Below, one piece after another: positions 1 through 11,393 of a stretch of DNA of 64,000 bases. A model generated the notes under the pieces. That model was given only the letters and a program-made list of their open reading frames with translations. It was not told where the DNA came from and made no database searches. The stretch's first letter is position 1, and the number at the start of each line of letters is the position of its first letter. The DNA comes from Paludibacteraceae bacterium (lineage in GTDB: Bacteria > Bacteroidota > Bacteroidia > Bacteroidales > Paludibacteraceae). Where the stretch lies: assembly GCA_045226255.1 (NCBI GenBank), contig JBGVCG010000035.1:32327-96326 (forward strand). Reading direction: 5' to 3'. The position numbers and the translations under genes are program-made.

Positions 1-237
1 GAAAGAGGGAAAATGAAAAAACTAAAACTATGACTACCCTTAAAAAAACCATGTACACGTCCTAAACATGCCACAAATATAGAAAAAACACACGACATAC
101 AAATCGTCAAACAAGAAAAAGAGCATATAATAAACTTAAATAATTTAAAAAAAATTAATACGCACACACAACCCTATATAGAGAAAAAAGACGTAACTTC
201 GCGATGTGAATTTTTCATTAACTATAATAATTCCTTT

Positions 238-1518
238 ATGGTAAGAGACACAGCAATATTCGACATCATCGAAAAGGAGCACCAACGCCAACTGAAAGGC
301 ATTGAGTTGATTGCCTCCGAGAACTTCGTGAGTGACCAGGTTATGCAAGCCATGGGTTCATGGTTGACTAACAAGTATGCAGAAGGACTTCCGGGACACC
401 GTTACTACGGCGGTTGCGAAGTTGTTGACTTGGCCGAGCAATTATGTATAGACCGCTTGAAACAAATCTTCGGCGCAGAATGGGCGAACGTACAGCCTCA
501 CTCTGGCGCACAGGCAAACGCTGCCGTCTTCTTGGCTTGTTTGAACGCAGGCGACAAATTCCTCGGACTGAACCTTTCTCACGGCGGACACCTCTCTCAT
601 GGATCCCCGGTGAACTTCTCTGGTTTGATGTTCCACGCTTTGGAATATAACGTGAAGGAAGATACTGGTCGTGTAGACTATGACCAATTGGAGCAAGTTG
701 CACGTACGGAAAAGCCTAAATTGATCATCGCCGGCGCATCCGCATACTCCCGCGAATGGGACTACGCACGCATCCGCAAGGTTGCTGACGAAATCGGCGC
801 TATCTTCATGGTGGATATGGCTCACCCTGCAGGTTTGATCGCCGCAGGATTGCTCAACAACCCAGTTAAATATGCACACATCGTAACAACTACTACCCAC
901 AAGACTCTCCGTGGTCCTCGTGGTGGTGTGATCATGATGGGCAAGGACTTTGATAACCCATGGGGCAAGAAAACTCCTAAGGGTGAAATCAAGAAGATGT
1001 CCGCTCTCCTCGACTCCGCTGTATTCCCAGGAATCCAAGGCGGTCCGTTGGAGCACGTCATCGCCGCTAAGGCAGTTGCTTTCGGTGAGGCTCTTCAACC
1101 TGAATACAAAGTATACCAATCTCAAGTGAAGAAAAATGCCGCTGTGATGGCGCAAGCCTTCATGGACAAGGGTTACAAGATCATCTCCGGCGGTACGGAC
1201 AACCACTCTATGTTGGTTGACCTCCGCACCAAATTCCCTGACTTGACTGGTAAGGTGGCTGAGAAAGCGTTAGTTGCAGCAGACATCACCACGAACAAGA
1301 ACATGGTGCCATTCGACAGCCGCTCTCCATTCCAAACCTCTGGTCTGCGTTTCGGTACGCCAGCCATCACAACACGTGGTGCGAAAGAGGATTTGATGGG
1401 CGAGATCGTGGAAATGATCGATACGGTTCTCAGCGATCCAGAGAACGACAAGGTCATCACTTCTGTTCGCGAGAAGGTTAACGCAACCATGAAGAACTAT
1501 CCTTTGTTCGCTTGGTAA
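238..1518 (+). CDS. glyA: serine hydroxymethyltransferase
   Basis: 426-aa ORF with SHMT hallmarks along its full length ([32 protein letters not shown]-lysine region). Confidence 0.97.
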   Translation: MVRDTAIFDIIEKEHQRQLKGIELIASENFVSDQVMQAMGSWLTNKYAEGLPGHRYYGGCEVVDLAEQLCIDRLKQIFGAEWANVQPHSGAQANAAVFLACLNAGDKFLGLNLSHGGHLSHGSPVNFSGLMFHALEYNVKEDTGRVDYDQLEQVARTEKPKLIIAGASAYSREWDYARIRKVADEIGAIFMVDMAHPAGLIAAGLLNNPVKYAHIVTTTTHKTLRGPRGGVIMMGKDFDNPWGKKTPKGEIKKMSALLDSAVFPGIQGGPLEHVIAAKAVAFGEALQPEYKVYQSQVKKNAAVMAQAFMDKGYKIISGGTDNHSMLVDLRTKFPDLTGKVAEKALVAADITTNKNMVPFDSRSPFQTSGLRFGTPAITTRGAKEDLMGEIVEMIDTVLSDPENDKVITSVREKVNATMKNYPLFAW

Positions 1519-1549
1519 TCCAATTGTACTAAATAGTGCATTATATTCA

Positions 1550-1581
1550 GGAAGGCTACCCATCACGGTAGCCTTCCATTT
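1550..1581 (+). terminator. rho-independent terminator after glyA
   Basis: Perfect 11-bp stem ggaaggctacc/ggtagccttcc with a 6-nt loop, followed by attt, about 30 nt after the glyA stop. Confidence 0.6.
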
Positions 1582-1641
1582 CTATCCTATAGAAAAACCC
1601 ACCCAGAAAGTTTATCTTCCCCACATACAATTCTGAGCGCC

Positions 1642-2274
1642 ATGGTAACCACTATCTTTATCGTCGTCACCGTCATCGTATCTATTCTATCGTTCGGGCA
1701 AAACGAGTTCTTGCCCCAGAGCCTAAGCCATCCGGAATGGTTCCACAAGCTGAAGTTCAACGCATATATGATTGTACATGAAAAGCAACACTACAGGCTA
1801 CTCACATCCGGATTCATTCACGGGAGCTCATGGCACCTAATATTCAACATGTTGACGCTCTATTTCTTCGGTTATTTTGTCGAGGACTGCTTCAATGCCA
1901 TCTTCGGGGCGAAAGGTGAATTTTTCTATGCGCTGATGTATCTGCTGGCCATCGTGGTATCTTCCCTCTCTGACTTAATAAAGTACAAAGACAACCCTGA
2001 ATTCAACGCAATCGGAGCGTCAGGAGCTGTCTCCGCCATCATCTTTGCGGCAATCCTTTTCGACCCCACCATGGGCATCTATCTTTTCTTCATACCCATA
2101 CCTATCCCAGGGTACATATTCGGTCCGCTGTACCTAATCTATTGCCAATACATGGCCAAGAAAAACATCGATAATATCGGACACTCCGCACACTTTTGGG
2201 GAGCTGTGTTCGGGTTCTTCTTCCCTATCCTTCTCCAACCTTCCCTGATATATTATCTCCTATCCTACTTTTGA
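1642..2274 (+). CDS. rhomboid family intramembrane serine protease
   Basis: 210-aa polytopic membrane ORF with a GASGAV active-site serine motif and the WHLIFNM and HFWG histidine regions. Confidence 0.85.
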   Translation: MVTTIFIVVTVIVSILSFGQNEFLPQSLSHPEWFHKLKFNAYMIVHEKQHYRLLTSGFIHGSSWHLIFNMLTLYFFGYFVEDCFNAIFGAKGEFFYALMYLLAIVVSSLSDLIKYKDNPEFNAIGASGAVSAIIFAAILFDPTMGIYLFFIPIPIPGYIFGPLYLIYCQYMAKKNIDNIGHSAHFWGAVFGFFFPILLQPSLIYYLLSYF

Positions 2275-2291
2275 TGAGACAAAGGGATCCC

Positions 2292-4139
2292 TTATGGGCA
2301 GGGAGTAGCCCACTCCCACAACTTACGGTAGAATTTATGTTTCGTCAGCGTAACCACGTTGCCGACAATCATCAGCTTCATGCGGGCCCGTGTCATCGCA
2401 ACGTTCATGCGTCGGAGTTCCCTCAAGAAACCGATCTCCCCTTCCTCATTCGAACGCACTAGACTGATCATCACCACGTCTCGTTCCTGTCCTTGGAATC
2501 CATCCACGGTATTAATCGTTATCAGGCTACGGAAAGGCTTCAAGGCCTTATTCGAGCGTAAGAGATGACGGAGATAATAAACCTGCGCCTTGTACGGAGA
2601 GATGACGCCGAAATCAATCCGTTCGTCCAACACACGATGGGGCCCCACCTTCTCGATGAATTGGGTGAGAAGCGTGATGACCAATTCGCCCTCCATCTTG
2701 TTAACCCTACCAGCCGACAGCGCCACATACTCCTCGTTGAAAGAAAAGTTCTGGGTGTCAACCCACTCCACAGGCTCCTCGAAGTCCAAGATGCCACGGC
2801 AACGCACACACTCCGCAGCTTTGAGCTTCCCATCATAGAACCACTCGGAAGAGAACTGCATAATGCGCTCATTCATCCTATACTGCACATCCAACAAGGA
2901 TACCACATTAGGTTTAGTCTCAACGACCTTCTCCATCAACGTGTGGGACAACCCCGCGCGCTCCGCCTCGAAGCATTTAATCGTAGGAGGCAACTGCTTA
3001 TGGTCGCCTGCAAAGATGACCCGATGAGCTTTACAGATAGGAATCCAGCAAGCCGCCTCAATGGCCTGCGCCGCCTCATCAATGAAGAGGGACTGGAAAG
3101 TCCGTCCGTAGAGCAACTGGTTCGCGGCACCTACCAACGTGCAAGCCACCACGCGCGCATTGGCGAAGAGACTTTCACGGATCTCATACTCCAACGATTC
3201 CGCCTTCTCCTTCACGGCCAATGCTTTGTCTCGATTCGTGCGATAGAGTTCACGGACCGTCTTCCGCATCCCCCATAAAGTATCATACTGAGGGTGCGCC
3301 TCAAACATCCGTTCAAATGTATAGGAGAGCATTTTGTCATCCACTCGGCTAGGATTGCCGATGCGCAGGACATTCACGCCTCGGTCAACCAACTGCTCAG
3401 AGATCCAATCGACCGCCATGTTGCTCTGCGCACAAACCAGCACTTGGCTTTCCCGTCGAAGCGTCTCGCAGATCGCCTCAACCAATGTAGTCGTCTTGCC
3501 CGTACCCGGAGGACCATGTACAATCGCCACATCCTTCGCCATCAAAATCTTATTGACGGCCTCCTCCTGCGAGGCATTCAACCAAGGGAACCGTAGAGGA
3601 GAAAACGAAAGGGTTCCGGCTGGTCTGTCACCTATCAGCGTCTCACGAAGATCACACAACCGACCATTCTTCGCATTCACCACCCTATCAAGGGCGTCGA
3701 ACATGGCACGGTAACTACTCTCGTCAAAGCTAAGCTGGACACCCAACCGTTCAGAGGTCTCCAACACCGACAAGCTGTCACGGCTCGGCAGCACCAACAC
3801 CAAGGAGTTCTCGGAAGAGAAACTCACCTGGGAGGCAATCTTTATCGTACGGATTTCATGGTTCATACTAACTGTGAAGAACTCCACAGCCTTACCATAC
3901 TCGAAATGGTCGTCCCCCTCGTCGGAAGCCCCACCAGAGACCTCCACGACAAATTGGTTCAGCGAATTGTAATATGAACGTCCCACAGAGATAGGGAACC
4001 TGCAGTTACCCGCCGCCACCTTCTTCTCGACAGAGACAAGGTTAGATTGTGTGGCAAAACTCTTCTTGTCAAATTCATATTCCCGCATCAGCAGGTCATG
4101 ATGTTTCAAGAGGGATAATACCGAAGTGTTAGCGGACAT
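2292..4139 (-). CDS. superfamily-1 (Upf1/IGHMBP2-like) DNA/RNA helicase
   Basis: 615-aa ORF with Walker A (GPPGTGKTTT), motif II (FIDEAAQ) and the VDGFQGQERDVV and NVAMTRAR motifs typical of SF1B helicases. Confidence 0.85.
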   Translation of the reverse strand: MSANTSVLSLLKHHDLLMREYEFDKKSFATQSNLVSVEKKVAAGNCRFPISVGRSYYNSLNQFVVEVSGGASDEGDDHFEYGKAVEFFTVSMNHEIRTIKIASQVSFSSENSLVLVLPSRDSLSVLETSERLGVQLSFDESSYRAMFDALDRVVNAKNGRLCDLRETLIGDRPAGTLSFSPLRFPWLNASQEEAVNKILMAKDVAIVHGPPGTGKTTTLVEAICETLRRESQVLVCAQSNMAVDWISEQLVDRGVNVLRIGNPSRVDDKMLSYTFERMFEAHPQYDTLWGMRKTVRELYRTNRDKALAVKEKAESLEYEIRESLFANARVVACTLVGAANQLLYGRTFQSLFIDEAAQAIEAACWIPICKAHRVIFAGDHKQLPPTIKCFEAERAGLSHTLMEKVVETKPNVVSLLDVQYRMNERIMQFSSEWFYDGKLKAAECVRCRGILDFEEPVEWVDTQNFSFNEEYVALSAGRVNKMEGELVITLLTQFIEKVGPHRVLDERIDFGVISPYKAQVYYLRHLLRSNKALKPFRSLITINTVDGFQGQERDVVMISLVRSNEEGEIGFLRELRRMNVAMTRARMKLMIVGNVVTLTKHKFYRKLWEWATPCP

Positions 4140-4154
4140 GGAAGAAAAGGAACT

Positions 4155-4186
4155 AAAAAAAGAAGACCGCTTTGAAGGCGGTCTTC
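4155..4186 (-). terminator. rho-independent terminator of the 2248-aa gene
   Basis: 9-bp perfect stem gaagaccgc/gcggtcttc. On the minus strand it is followed by a 7-nt T run (plus-strand A run 4155-4161), 20 nt after the stop. Confidence 0.7.
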
Positions 4187-4205
4187 CAATGATTATCTGT
4201 AAAAA

Positions 4206-7200
4206 TTATTGTCGGAAATAAACGACCTCTATGGTACCGTTGAATCTGACACCGTTAATCACCGCGTCGTAGAAGAAGACACCTGGATCAACCATTCTAC
4301 CATTGTAATCGGTACCATCCCAACCATTCATACCCTCGAAGATCTTTTGTCCGTATCGGTCAAATATAACAACCTGTCTTCTCTCCAAGAACACATCATT
4401 GAATCCATCCTTGATATACGGAGTGAAGGCCGTCGGAACACGAGTTAAGACATCAATGTTGTACAAGTTGGAAGGAACCGCAGGACAAACCCCATCACCC
4501 ACCAACACGTAATACTTAGACGAGTCGGCCGGGTAGAACGGATAGTAAGAATGAAGTTCCTCATAATCCCTATACAAGATAGAATCACGCAATTCCTCGC
4601 TCAACTCAGCCAGCAGATTGCCATCCTTATCGAAACCAGACATGTCACCATCGAAGCCATTCTTAACCTTGTACCAAGAGTAGAAGACAGGTTTGAAATG
4701 GTGAGTATTGACAGACAAGACAACCTCATCGCCGATGTAGCAACGTCTAACTCCAAACGGATCCGTCGTCAAAACCAACGAGTCACGGACAAAACGTTCA
4801 TGCATGACAAGCAAAATGCTATCACGTCTGAAGACCTTGTAATCGCGCCAAGCATTAAGATTCTCAACAGAGCCACCCACAAGGCGCAAACTATCTTCCA
4901 GAGTGAAGATACCATCCTCGCAAGGAGTGAAGAGGCTATTATAACTTGTCGTACGTCCGCAGGCATTCTCCGCGAAATAATAAGCAGGCACCTCAGGTTT
5001 CGTATATGGAACAGGGCTGTTCGGAACATAATCCGCAGTATCCACGATCCAACCCACCTTAGTGATTGGGGTACCCATAGGCTCAACACAAACAGCCGAG
5101 ATGCTATCCATCAACTTCAAGTTAAGAGAATCATCCTCGCAAATAGGTATATCACGGGAAATCATATTGATCCTCGGCTTCTCGTTGATTTTCAAGTAAG
5201 AGTAAGCTGTATCGGCGCACTGTGTCGTCGTATCCATAACAACGAAGACATATTTGCCAGACTGGGAATACCTGTTGAGGTGAGTCCTCTTTGCGCGAAG
5301 AGCCTCATACGCAGGCTTGTTATCCGTATAGAAACGATCGTAGTATGTAGCCTTGTTATCACTGAACAAGATAGTCGAAGGAGAAATGCTATCCTTGTAA
5401 CAATCATACACGAACGTACTTGGGATTGAACGAATCTTACCCGCAGTCTCTATCAACACATATCCAGTAGCGAAACGGGCATCCTGAGACCACAAATCGA
5501 TATATGAAGAATCATTATCCGAGCATATTGTAAGATCCTTAGCATCCAAAGAAACGACATTCTTCGGCTGCATAACACGGGCAAACATCTTCAAACTATC
5601 CCTGTTTCCGCACTTGTCTGCCGAGTAAATCCACACCTCTGTGTCTTCCGTAATCACAACACCAGGAGCAGGAACTTGCCAAATGTCGATATCATCCGTC
5701 TCCGTACACTCATCTTGAACATAATTCTTGAAGTTCGTATACAAAGGAGGAACAGTCATTGTACACTTCTTAATGTTCGAAGCAAGCACCGTATCCTTGA
5801 AGTTTTCTGGCAAAACAAACTTAGGAGCGACGGAATCCACAACAAGAACCACCTGAACTAAAGGAGCACTTTCATTGCCACACTTATCCTTGGCCACCCA
5901 AGTACGCCAGATTGTATAGTTGTTGTATGCACAATCATGGACGTCATTAGAGCGGTTCTTCTGTATAGACTTTACAATCTCAATTTCTTCTTTTTCTGAA
6001 CAGTTATCTGAGACATTGATTGTAACATCCTCCTGCCCGAGTGCGATGTCTATCAACGAATCCTGGTCACATGCGATCTTAATGGTATCCAACTTAGTAT
6101 GGATAACCGGAGGAGTGACATCCTTGATAGAGAACGTTTGAGAACAAGACGTTTCCTGATCTCTGATATCTGAGACGAAATAAGTACGTACCAAGTTATA
6201 ATCGCACGGAGCCTTTCCTTGTTCAGTTTCCTCATAACGGAACGAACCCTCCTTATACTTCTTTATTTCCGAGATCTTACCACCTGCGGCCAAGAAATCT
6301 TCGAACGAAGCATAAGGTGTCGGGATTTCCCCATAGCACTCATAAGCAATATCACCCTCAACTGGACAGTCGATAGTAATTGGCACCATGTCTATGATGT
6401 TAACGACCTGTTCACAAGTAACAGAATCACCAAAGACATAACGGAACTTCCAATATACCGAAGTTTGGCCAATCTGATAATCGGCGGTGCTATCCAATCC
6501 GTCCGAACGAGAGAATTCTATCGTTGCGGCATGGCAATTATCGATGGTAATCTCAGGCTTCTTAAGACCTCTTAACTTCACCTCTTCCGCCGTTGCGTAG
6601 AACTTCTCCATCAATTCCAGACTTATAGTATCCTCCAACGTGGAGCAATCGAACAGTTTGGTCGTCAGATTCACGTTCATTTCGCAGGAATCCTTCATGA
6701 TTCCCCTCTTGTCTATGAAAATCCACTTAATATTGGTTACACCAAGCGGGAAGTCCTGGGAATTCCAAACAATAGGGTTACCATTCTCATCCACCAAAAG
6801 TTCTCCATTGTAACGACGCTCGATGATAGGCACAATGGTATCATTATCGCACAAATCGAACGCAGTCGGTGGGGTGATACGATTCATAAGGGTATCCGCA
6901 TTCATGGAACACTTACCCTCCTCCAACTCTATCCTAAAGGTAGTGTCAGGAACACAATTCGTCAACTCTAAAGCGACGGAATCGATCACGTCCATGTATG
7001 CCATACAAGAATCCTGGTTTCCTGCCTTATCCGTGAAGAGCCATACGAACTTATGCACCTCAGTCGGGAACATTGCGCTACGCACCTCATCTCCGCGGTA
7101 TACGATAACCGAGCTATCCTTCTGTTTAACGTAAGCGATCAATTCAGGGTATATCGTGCCGTCGCAGGCATCCTCTACCGAAAGCTCCGGCAAATGGAGA

Positions 7201-10200
7201 GAATCATATGGTATCATACACTCTTTCGCATAAACCGACATCTCCGGATCCTTACATACCGAATCCAAAATCGGAGGAGTGAGATCCACCACATGCAGCG
7301 GAGTGACACAAGTATCCAAATCGCCCTTACCATTCTCGAAATAGAAAATCAACTTATGATAACCAAGCGGGAACGAATCTGACATGCAAGAAGGAAGCAC
7401 CTCAGGTTGCGTCACCTTCAACGGCATTCGTTCGATAGAATCCTCGGCACATACGGTCTCATACTGTCCGTTACGATGCTGAACCCTCTTTACAGGGACT
7501 GAATCCTTCGATGTATATGGAATATTACATGAGATTTCCACTGTTGATCCCGTAGAAGAGAATGTGCTGTCCAAATGAAGAATACGAACCACCTTGAACG
7601 GATAGATTATCGTATCATAATCCCTAGACAAAGTGGTACTGATGCCCAAGTTCTCATAATCGTACGGTGTACCAGAGCATGCATCATAAGTATACTTCGT
7701 CTCACAGAAATACTGCACTTTACCGTAAGCGATATTTTCATGACTGAACGGAGACGGAGCCATACAATTCTTTGGATCAACAGGAACAGCAGAATCAATC
7801 GCCGTACAAACGATATCAACTGGAGGATTAGACGAGATAACCACATTCTGGGAACAGAATACCGTATCATATTTCTGTGCGTCAAAATCAAAGACATCAC
7901 TCGTGAACTCATAATAAACGGTGGTAATACCAATTGGGAAGCGATGCTTCAGGAACTGCTCCTCGGTAAGGATGGAATCAACCGCATAAGCGACCGAATC
8001 ACCATTGTCATCCACACACTTTCCTGTAAATTTAATCGTAAGCTTAACATTTCCGCAATACTTCGGATTAAACTGAGGGACTGTCAAAAGACCAGCCAAC
8101 TTATAATCCGTGTCTGGATTAACTGTGGACTGCGCCTGTGCGGAAGCATATTTATATTCACGATATGGATTTTTGTTCACTATACTTCTTAAAGGATTCT
8201 GCAAGCTATCGCAATTGAACATCTTCTCTTTTTCCTCTACGTTCACCCTACTATGGCAATACATGGCATTACCTGCAGGATCCGCGAACCTCCAAAGAAT
8301 GAACGTGGTACCCACCTCGTAATCATCCTCCAACTTCTTATCCATGGAGTAGTTTGATGGATTTATACCAGGGTCCGCCATGCCGTCCTTCATCACCTGA
8401 GAACGTCCAGCATACACACCCTTCACCATAATAATGGTATCCTTAAACGTGGTATCTCGCAGAATAGGAATCTCTATATTCAAGTTCTTGCCAGGACTAG
8501 CCACGCAACCGTCTTCCGCAGACACCGAAACCGTATAGTCCTTTATCAACGAACAATCAACCTTCACAGTGTCCACATCCTTCACAACCAGTTGATAGGA
8601 GCAAGTAGCCGATTTGTCACAGCCGTCCGTCACCGTAATCTCCACATTTCCCTTACCAGAGAATAACGTCAGAGCGGTCGCCGGTAAATTTTCCAGCTCT
8701 TTCCTATGCAACGTATAGATCGAGTCGAAACTATGGGTGCTATCGTCCGCCATATAGTTCAATTTCACGTGCACAGCCGGATCATCGTCACAACTGGTCT
8801 CGAATTTAGGAATCGGCAAGAAAATCGTGGTATCCAACTGTCCGCTACGCAACGTGTATTCGGATGGTTGCGACAACACACCACAATCAACGGTCGGAGC
8901 ATGTGTGGCTTTCATCGTGAACTCATCATTGATAGTTGCCCTACATTTGCCATTCACCACTTCCAATGAAACAGGGAACGTTCCGCCGACCATATTACAC
9001 AAAGCCTGCTTATCATAACCGTCAATATGGATGACGCTATCGTTCGTCATTGTGGCGCCCGTGAAATTCCACGTGTAGCCAGACACTTTCTGATAACCAT
9101 TCAGTAAGATAGTATCCGAAGATGTAGCCGCACATATCGTATCCTCGCCACGTTTCGTGGTGAAATTCAAGCCTGAAACATCCGGCTGATCATAAATCCA
9201 CACATCGAAAGTATCAGAACCGACAGGAGTATGCGCAGTGTCACCTGTTACGCCATCCACCACATACGTATAAAGATGCAACTTATACGGTTTGTCCGGT
9301 GTATATGACCCACTCAACATGGCATTCTCCGCAATACGCACATCCGCAGAATCTCCATTCGGATACGAATGGAGGGATACCTTTGTCGTACTCTCTGGCA
9401 ATCCTTCAGGGGATTCTAAGGCCCAAGAAAGCATATAATCATCGCCGTTCTCCTTAATCCAACTAATTTTGGACAAATCTGCCGGCTCAAAATGCTGGGA
9501 ATGTGGATAAGTGACTATACATGCATTGTCACCCTTAATTCCAGGACCAGGTCCTTCACAAACCCTTCCTCCCAACGCGAAGTTAATGGTGGTTTTTCCG
9601 TCTGACACAGAATAATAGAACACACCCTTATCTTTCATCAGAATATTCGCACGTTCCTTTTGGCCATACCTATCGAGGTCATAAGTAACCTCTCCTTCGG
9701 AAAAATTGATTTCAGTTGTGTAGGTTGCATCACTATACTTTTTCCATACGTATTGAGCCTTATGAGGGAATCCCGCCGCATTGACAACAACAACTTCGTC
9801 CAGACACGCAATACGAGGTGTTAGGCAAACGCCTTCCGCCTCCGCACTAATATAGTCAATAGCCAACGTCGCACAAGTCGGGAACTGTTCAAAGAATGGT
9901 TTAAACGTATAATACTGTAAATCATTTTGAACAAATGGGAGATAACCATAATACGTCATCTCGAAACGGAAAACATTCAATTGATTTGGGTCAACATTCC
10001 GGTTGATAATGTCACCAAAAATAAATCTTGTGGCATCGTTTCCTGCCTGAATGGTTCTATCCTCCAATACACGATTGGTTTGGTCATCAAAAATTGTGAT
10101 ATCCATCAGGTCAGTCGTTTGCATACCATGACCTGTACGAGCAATCATTTTTCCCTGACTATCAAATGTACACGGCACTCCTTGTGGAATAATCAAGTAA

Positions 10201-10952
10201 AACCGCATGGTGAAACGGTAATTATGTCCCTGGAATTTGTTTTTCGGGAAGGATATAGTGAAGAATTCACTATTCACGTTTTGTTGGACATAAAAATTAT
10301 TGTTCGGATTAACGCCAAGAGAATCATCTATATAAAGAGGAATACCAAGTTCCGCTTGGTTCATAATCCTACCATTTTTACCTTGGAATAAGATTCCCTG
10401 CTCCGTGAAATACTCCTCCAAACATCCAGGAGGGACACTGCCCCAATTCACAGACCCAGCCCCACAACCATACTGATAATTGAAATCCGTACCTCCAAAA
10501 TAATCGCCTGTGGTCGTTTGATGGCAATCCTTCACGTTACAAGACTCTTTAAGCTTGATCTCTTTCTTATACTCTTTCGAGAAGGTGACATTTTCGTTTT
10601 TCGCCTCCGCAATAACACGAACAATCATATCACTCTCACCCATCGAAAACGCATTGGACGGGACATACAACGTTCCTTGCCTCTTCCACGTGTTTCCATT
10701 GTCATAGGAAATAGACCACTCATAAGTGTAGCTCAGAGTGTCATACTGCTTCACACCCATGACCTCGAACGCAATCGGGTCCTTAGGACAAGCCTCAGAC
10801 GCACCAAAAGAGGTGAAGCCTGACTCCTTGAACGGATCATCCACCTGCGCCGACACGCCCAACGAAGACAAAAGGGCACAAAGTAGAAAAGCTAACTTTT
10901 TCAACCCGCTAAAATTATTTGAGTTCATTGTATTACAATTAAAATTACCCAT
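4206..10952 (-). CDS. giant secreted surface protein with HYR-like repeats and a T9SS type-B (gliding-motility) C-terminal domain
   Basis: 2248-aa ORF with a signal peptide (LLSSLGVSAQ). It has many Cys-containing Ig-like/HYR-like modules (e.g. FPLGVTNIKWIFIDKRGIMKDSC, VTDGCDKSATCSYQLVV). The C-terminus, TAFTPY..DGFNDVF..IFDRYGQKIF...GWDGTDYNGRMVDPGVFFY, matches the type-B CTD pattern. An alternative start is M9 at 10928. Confidence 0.9.
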   Translation of the reverse strand: MGNFNCNTMNSNNFSGLKKLAFLLCALLSSLGVSAQVDDPFKESGFTSFGASEACPKDPIAFEVMGVKQYDTLSYTYEWSISYDNGNTWKRQGTLYVPSNAFSMGESDMIVRVIAEAKNENVTFSKEYKKEIKLKESCNVKDCHQTTTGDYFGGTDFNYQYGCGAGSVNWGSVPPGCLEEYFTEQGILFQGKNGRIMNQAELGIPLYIDDSLGVNPNNNFYVQQNVNSEFFTISFPKNKFQGHNYRFTMRFYLIIPQGVPCTFDSQGKMIARTGHGMQTTDLMDITIFDDQTNRVLEDRTIQAGNDATRFIFGDIINRNVDPNQLNVFRFEMTYYGYLPFVQNDLQYYTFKPFFEQFPTCATLAIDYISAEAEGVCLTPRIACLDEVVVVNAAGFPHKAQYVWKKYSDATYTTEINFSEGEVTYDLDRYGQKERANILMKDKGVFYYSVSDGKTTINFALGGRVCEGPGPGIKGDNACIVTYPHSQHFEPADLSKISWIKENGDDYMLSWALESPEGLPESTTKVSLHSYPNGDSADVRIAENAMLSGSYTPDKPYKLHLYTYVVDGVTGDTAHTPVGSDTFDVWIYDQPDVSGLNFTTKRGEDTICAATSSDTILLNGYQKVSGYTWNFTGATMTNDSVIHIDGYDKQALCNMVGGTFPVSLEVVNGKCRATINDEFTMKATHAPTVDCGVLSQPSEYTLRSGQLDTTIFLPIPKFETSCDDDPAVHVKLNYMADDSTHSFDSIYTLHRKELENLPATALTLFSGKGNVEITVTDGCDKSATCSYQLVVKDVDTVKVDCSLIKDYTVSVSAEDGCVASPGKNLNIEIPILRDTTFKDTIIMVKGVYAGRSQVMKDGMADPGINPSNYSMDKKLEDDYEVGTTFILWRFADPAGNAMYCHSRVNVEEKEKMFNCDSLQNPLRSIVNKNPYREYKYASAQAQSTVNPDTDYKLAGLLTVPQFNPKYCGNVKLTIKFTGKCVDDNGDSVAYAVDSILTEEQFLKHRFPIGITTVYYEFTSDVFDFDAQKYDTVFCSQNVVISSNPPVDIVCTAIDSAVPVDPKNCMAPSPFSHENIAYGKVQYFCETKYTYDACSGTPYDYENLGISTTLSRDYDTIIYPFKVVRILHLDSTFSSTGSTVEISCNIPYTSKDSVPVKRVQHRNGQYETVCAEDSIERMPLKVTQPEVLPSCMSDSFPLGYHKLIFYFENGKGDLDTCVTPLHVVDLTPPILDSVCKDPEMSVYAKECMIPYDSLHLPELSVEDACDGTIYPELIAYVKQKDSSVIVYRGDEVRSAMFPTEVHKFVWLFTDKAGNQDSCMAYMDVIDSVALELTNCVPDTTFRIELEEGKCSMNADTLMNRITPPTAFDLCDNDTIVPIIERRYNGELLVDENGNPIVWNSQDFPLGVTNIKWIFIDKRGIMKDSCEMNVNLTTKLFDCSTLEDTISLELMEKFYATAEEVKLRGLKKPEITIDNCHAATIEFSRSDGLDSTADYQIGQTSVYWKFRYVFGDSVTCEQVVNIIDMVPITIDCPVEGDIAYECYGEIPTPYASFEDFLAAGGKISEIKKYKEGSFRYEETEQGKAPCDYNLVRTYFVSDIRDQETSCSQTFSIKDVTPPVIHTKLDTIKIACDQDSLIDIALGQEDVTINVSDNCSEKEEIEIVKSIQKNRSNDVHDCAYNNYTIWRTWVAKDKCGNESAPLVQVVLVVDSVAPKFVLPENFKDTVLASNIKKCTMTVPPLYTNFKNYVQDECTETDDIDIWQVPAPGVVITEDTEVWIYSADKCGNRDSLKMFARVMQPKNVVSLDAKDLTICSDNDSSYIDLWSQDARFATGYVLIETAGKIRSIPSTFVYDCYKDSISPSTILFSDNKATYYDRFYTDNKPAYEALRAKRTHLNRYSQSGKYVFVVMDTTTQCADTAYSYLKINEKPRINMISRDIPICEDDSLNLKLMDSISAVCVEPMGTPITKVGWIVDTADYVPNSPVPYTKPEVPAYYFAENACGRTTSYNSLFTPCEDGIFTLEDSLRLVGGSVENLNAWRDYKVFRRDSILLVMHERFVRDSLVLTTDPFGVRRCYIGDEVVLSVNTHHFKPVFYSWYKVKNGFDGDMSGFDKDGNLLAELSEELRDSILYRDYEELHSYYPFYPADSSKYYVLVGDGVCPAVPSNLYNIDVLTRVPTAFTPYIKDGFNDVFLERRQVVIFDRYGQKIFEGMNGWDGTDYNGRMVDPGVFFYDAVINGVRFNGTIEVVYFRQ

Positions 10953-11343
10953 TACAAGATCAATTTCTATTAGACAAAAAATAGTTCACGATATTATATT
11001 TATATTATTCCGTCATATCTTTCAATTTATTTCTTTATGCTAAACACAAGTGTTTTGTTCTAAAATATCATTATATGTTTTCGCCACACCACCATTCACC
11101 AAGAAACATATTCAATACTATACAACAATTCTCTTCTTTTTTAACACATACAAACAAATCTGAAATCTCATACAACTAAGCATGGATACTCAAACTCTAT
11201 AATCGCAACAAAATTAAACTAAATTTTTCTATTTGTAAATAAATCCTAAAAAAATAGCGCAAAAAAAGAATATTTTTCGCCCACTAACCCGTAAATGTAT
11301 GTTCTAGAACACATTAGGAAACATTTTTCGCAAACAGAAACTA

Positions 11344-11378
11344 AAAAAACGGGAGGAGAGTCATAACTCTCCCCTCCC
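11344..11378 (-). terminator. rho-independent terminator after glyQS
   Basis: Imperfect GC-rich hairpin gggaggagag...ctctcccctccc. On the minus strand it is followed by a T run (plus-strand aaaaaaa at 11344-11350). Confidence 0.6.
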
Positions 11379-11393
11379 ATTAATCATTGGACA

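Noticed and set aside
1-237. A-rich 237-nt region upstream of glyA, examined for a riboswitch or leader
   Set aside because: I found no convincing stem-loops or conserved riboswitch cores by eye. It is probably promoter and 5' UTR, and the window edge truncates the context.
2196-2568. 88-aa and 69-aa plus-strand ORFs at the rhomboid-helicase junction
   Set aside because: They overlap the 3' end of the helicase gene in antisense and the end of the rhomboid gene. They have no supporting motifs.
4551-5429. Plus-strand ORFs inside the two giant genes, including 7575-8192, 9927-10391, 53047-53925 and 55705-56412
   Set aside because: They are antisense to long uninterrupted ORFs that have signal peptides, repeated domains and T9SS CTDs. 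They have no independent start, promoter or terminator signals.
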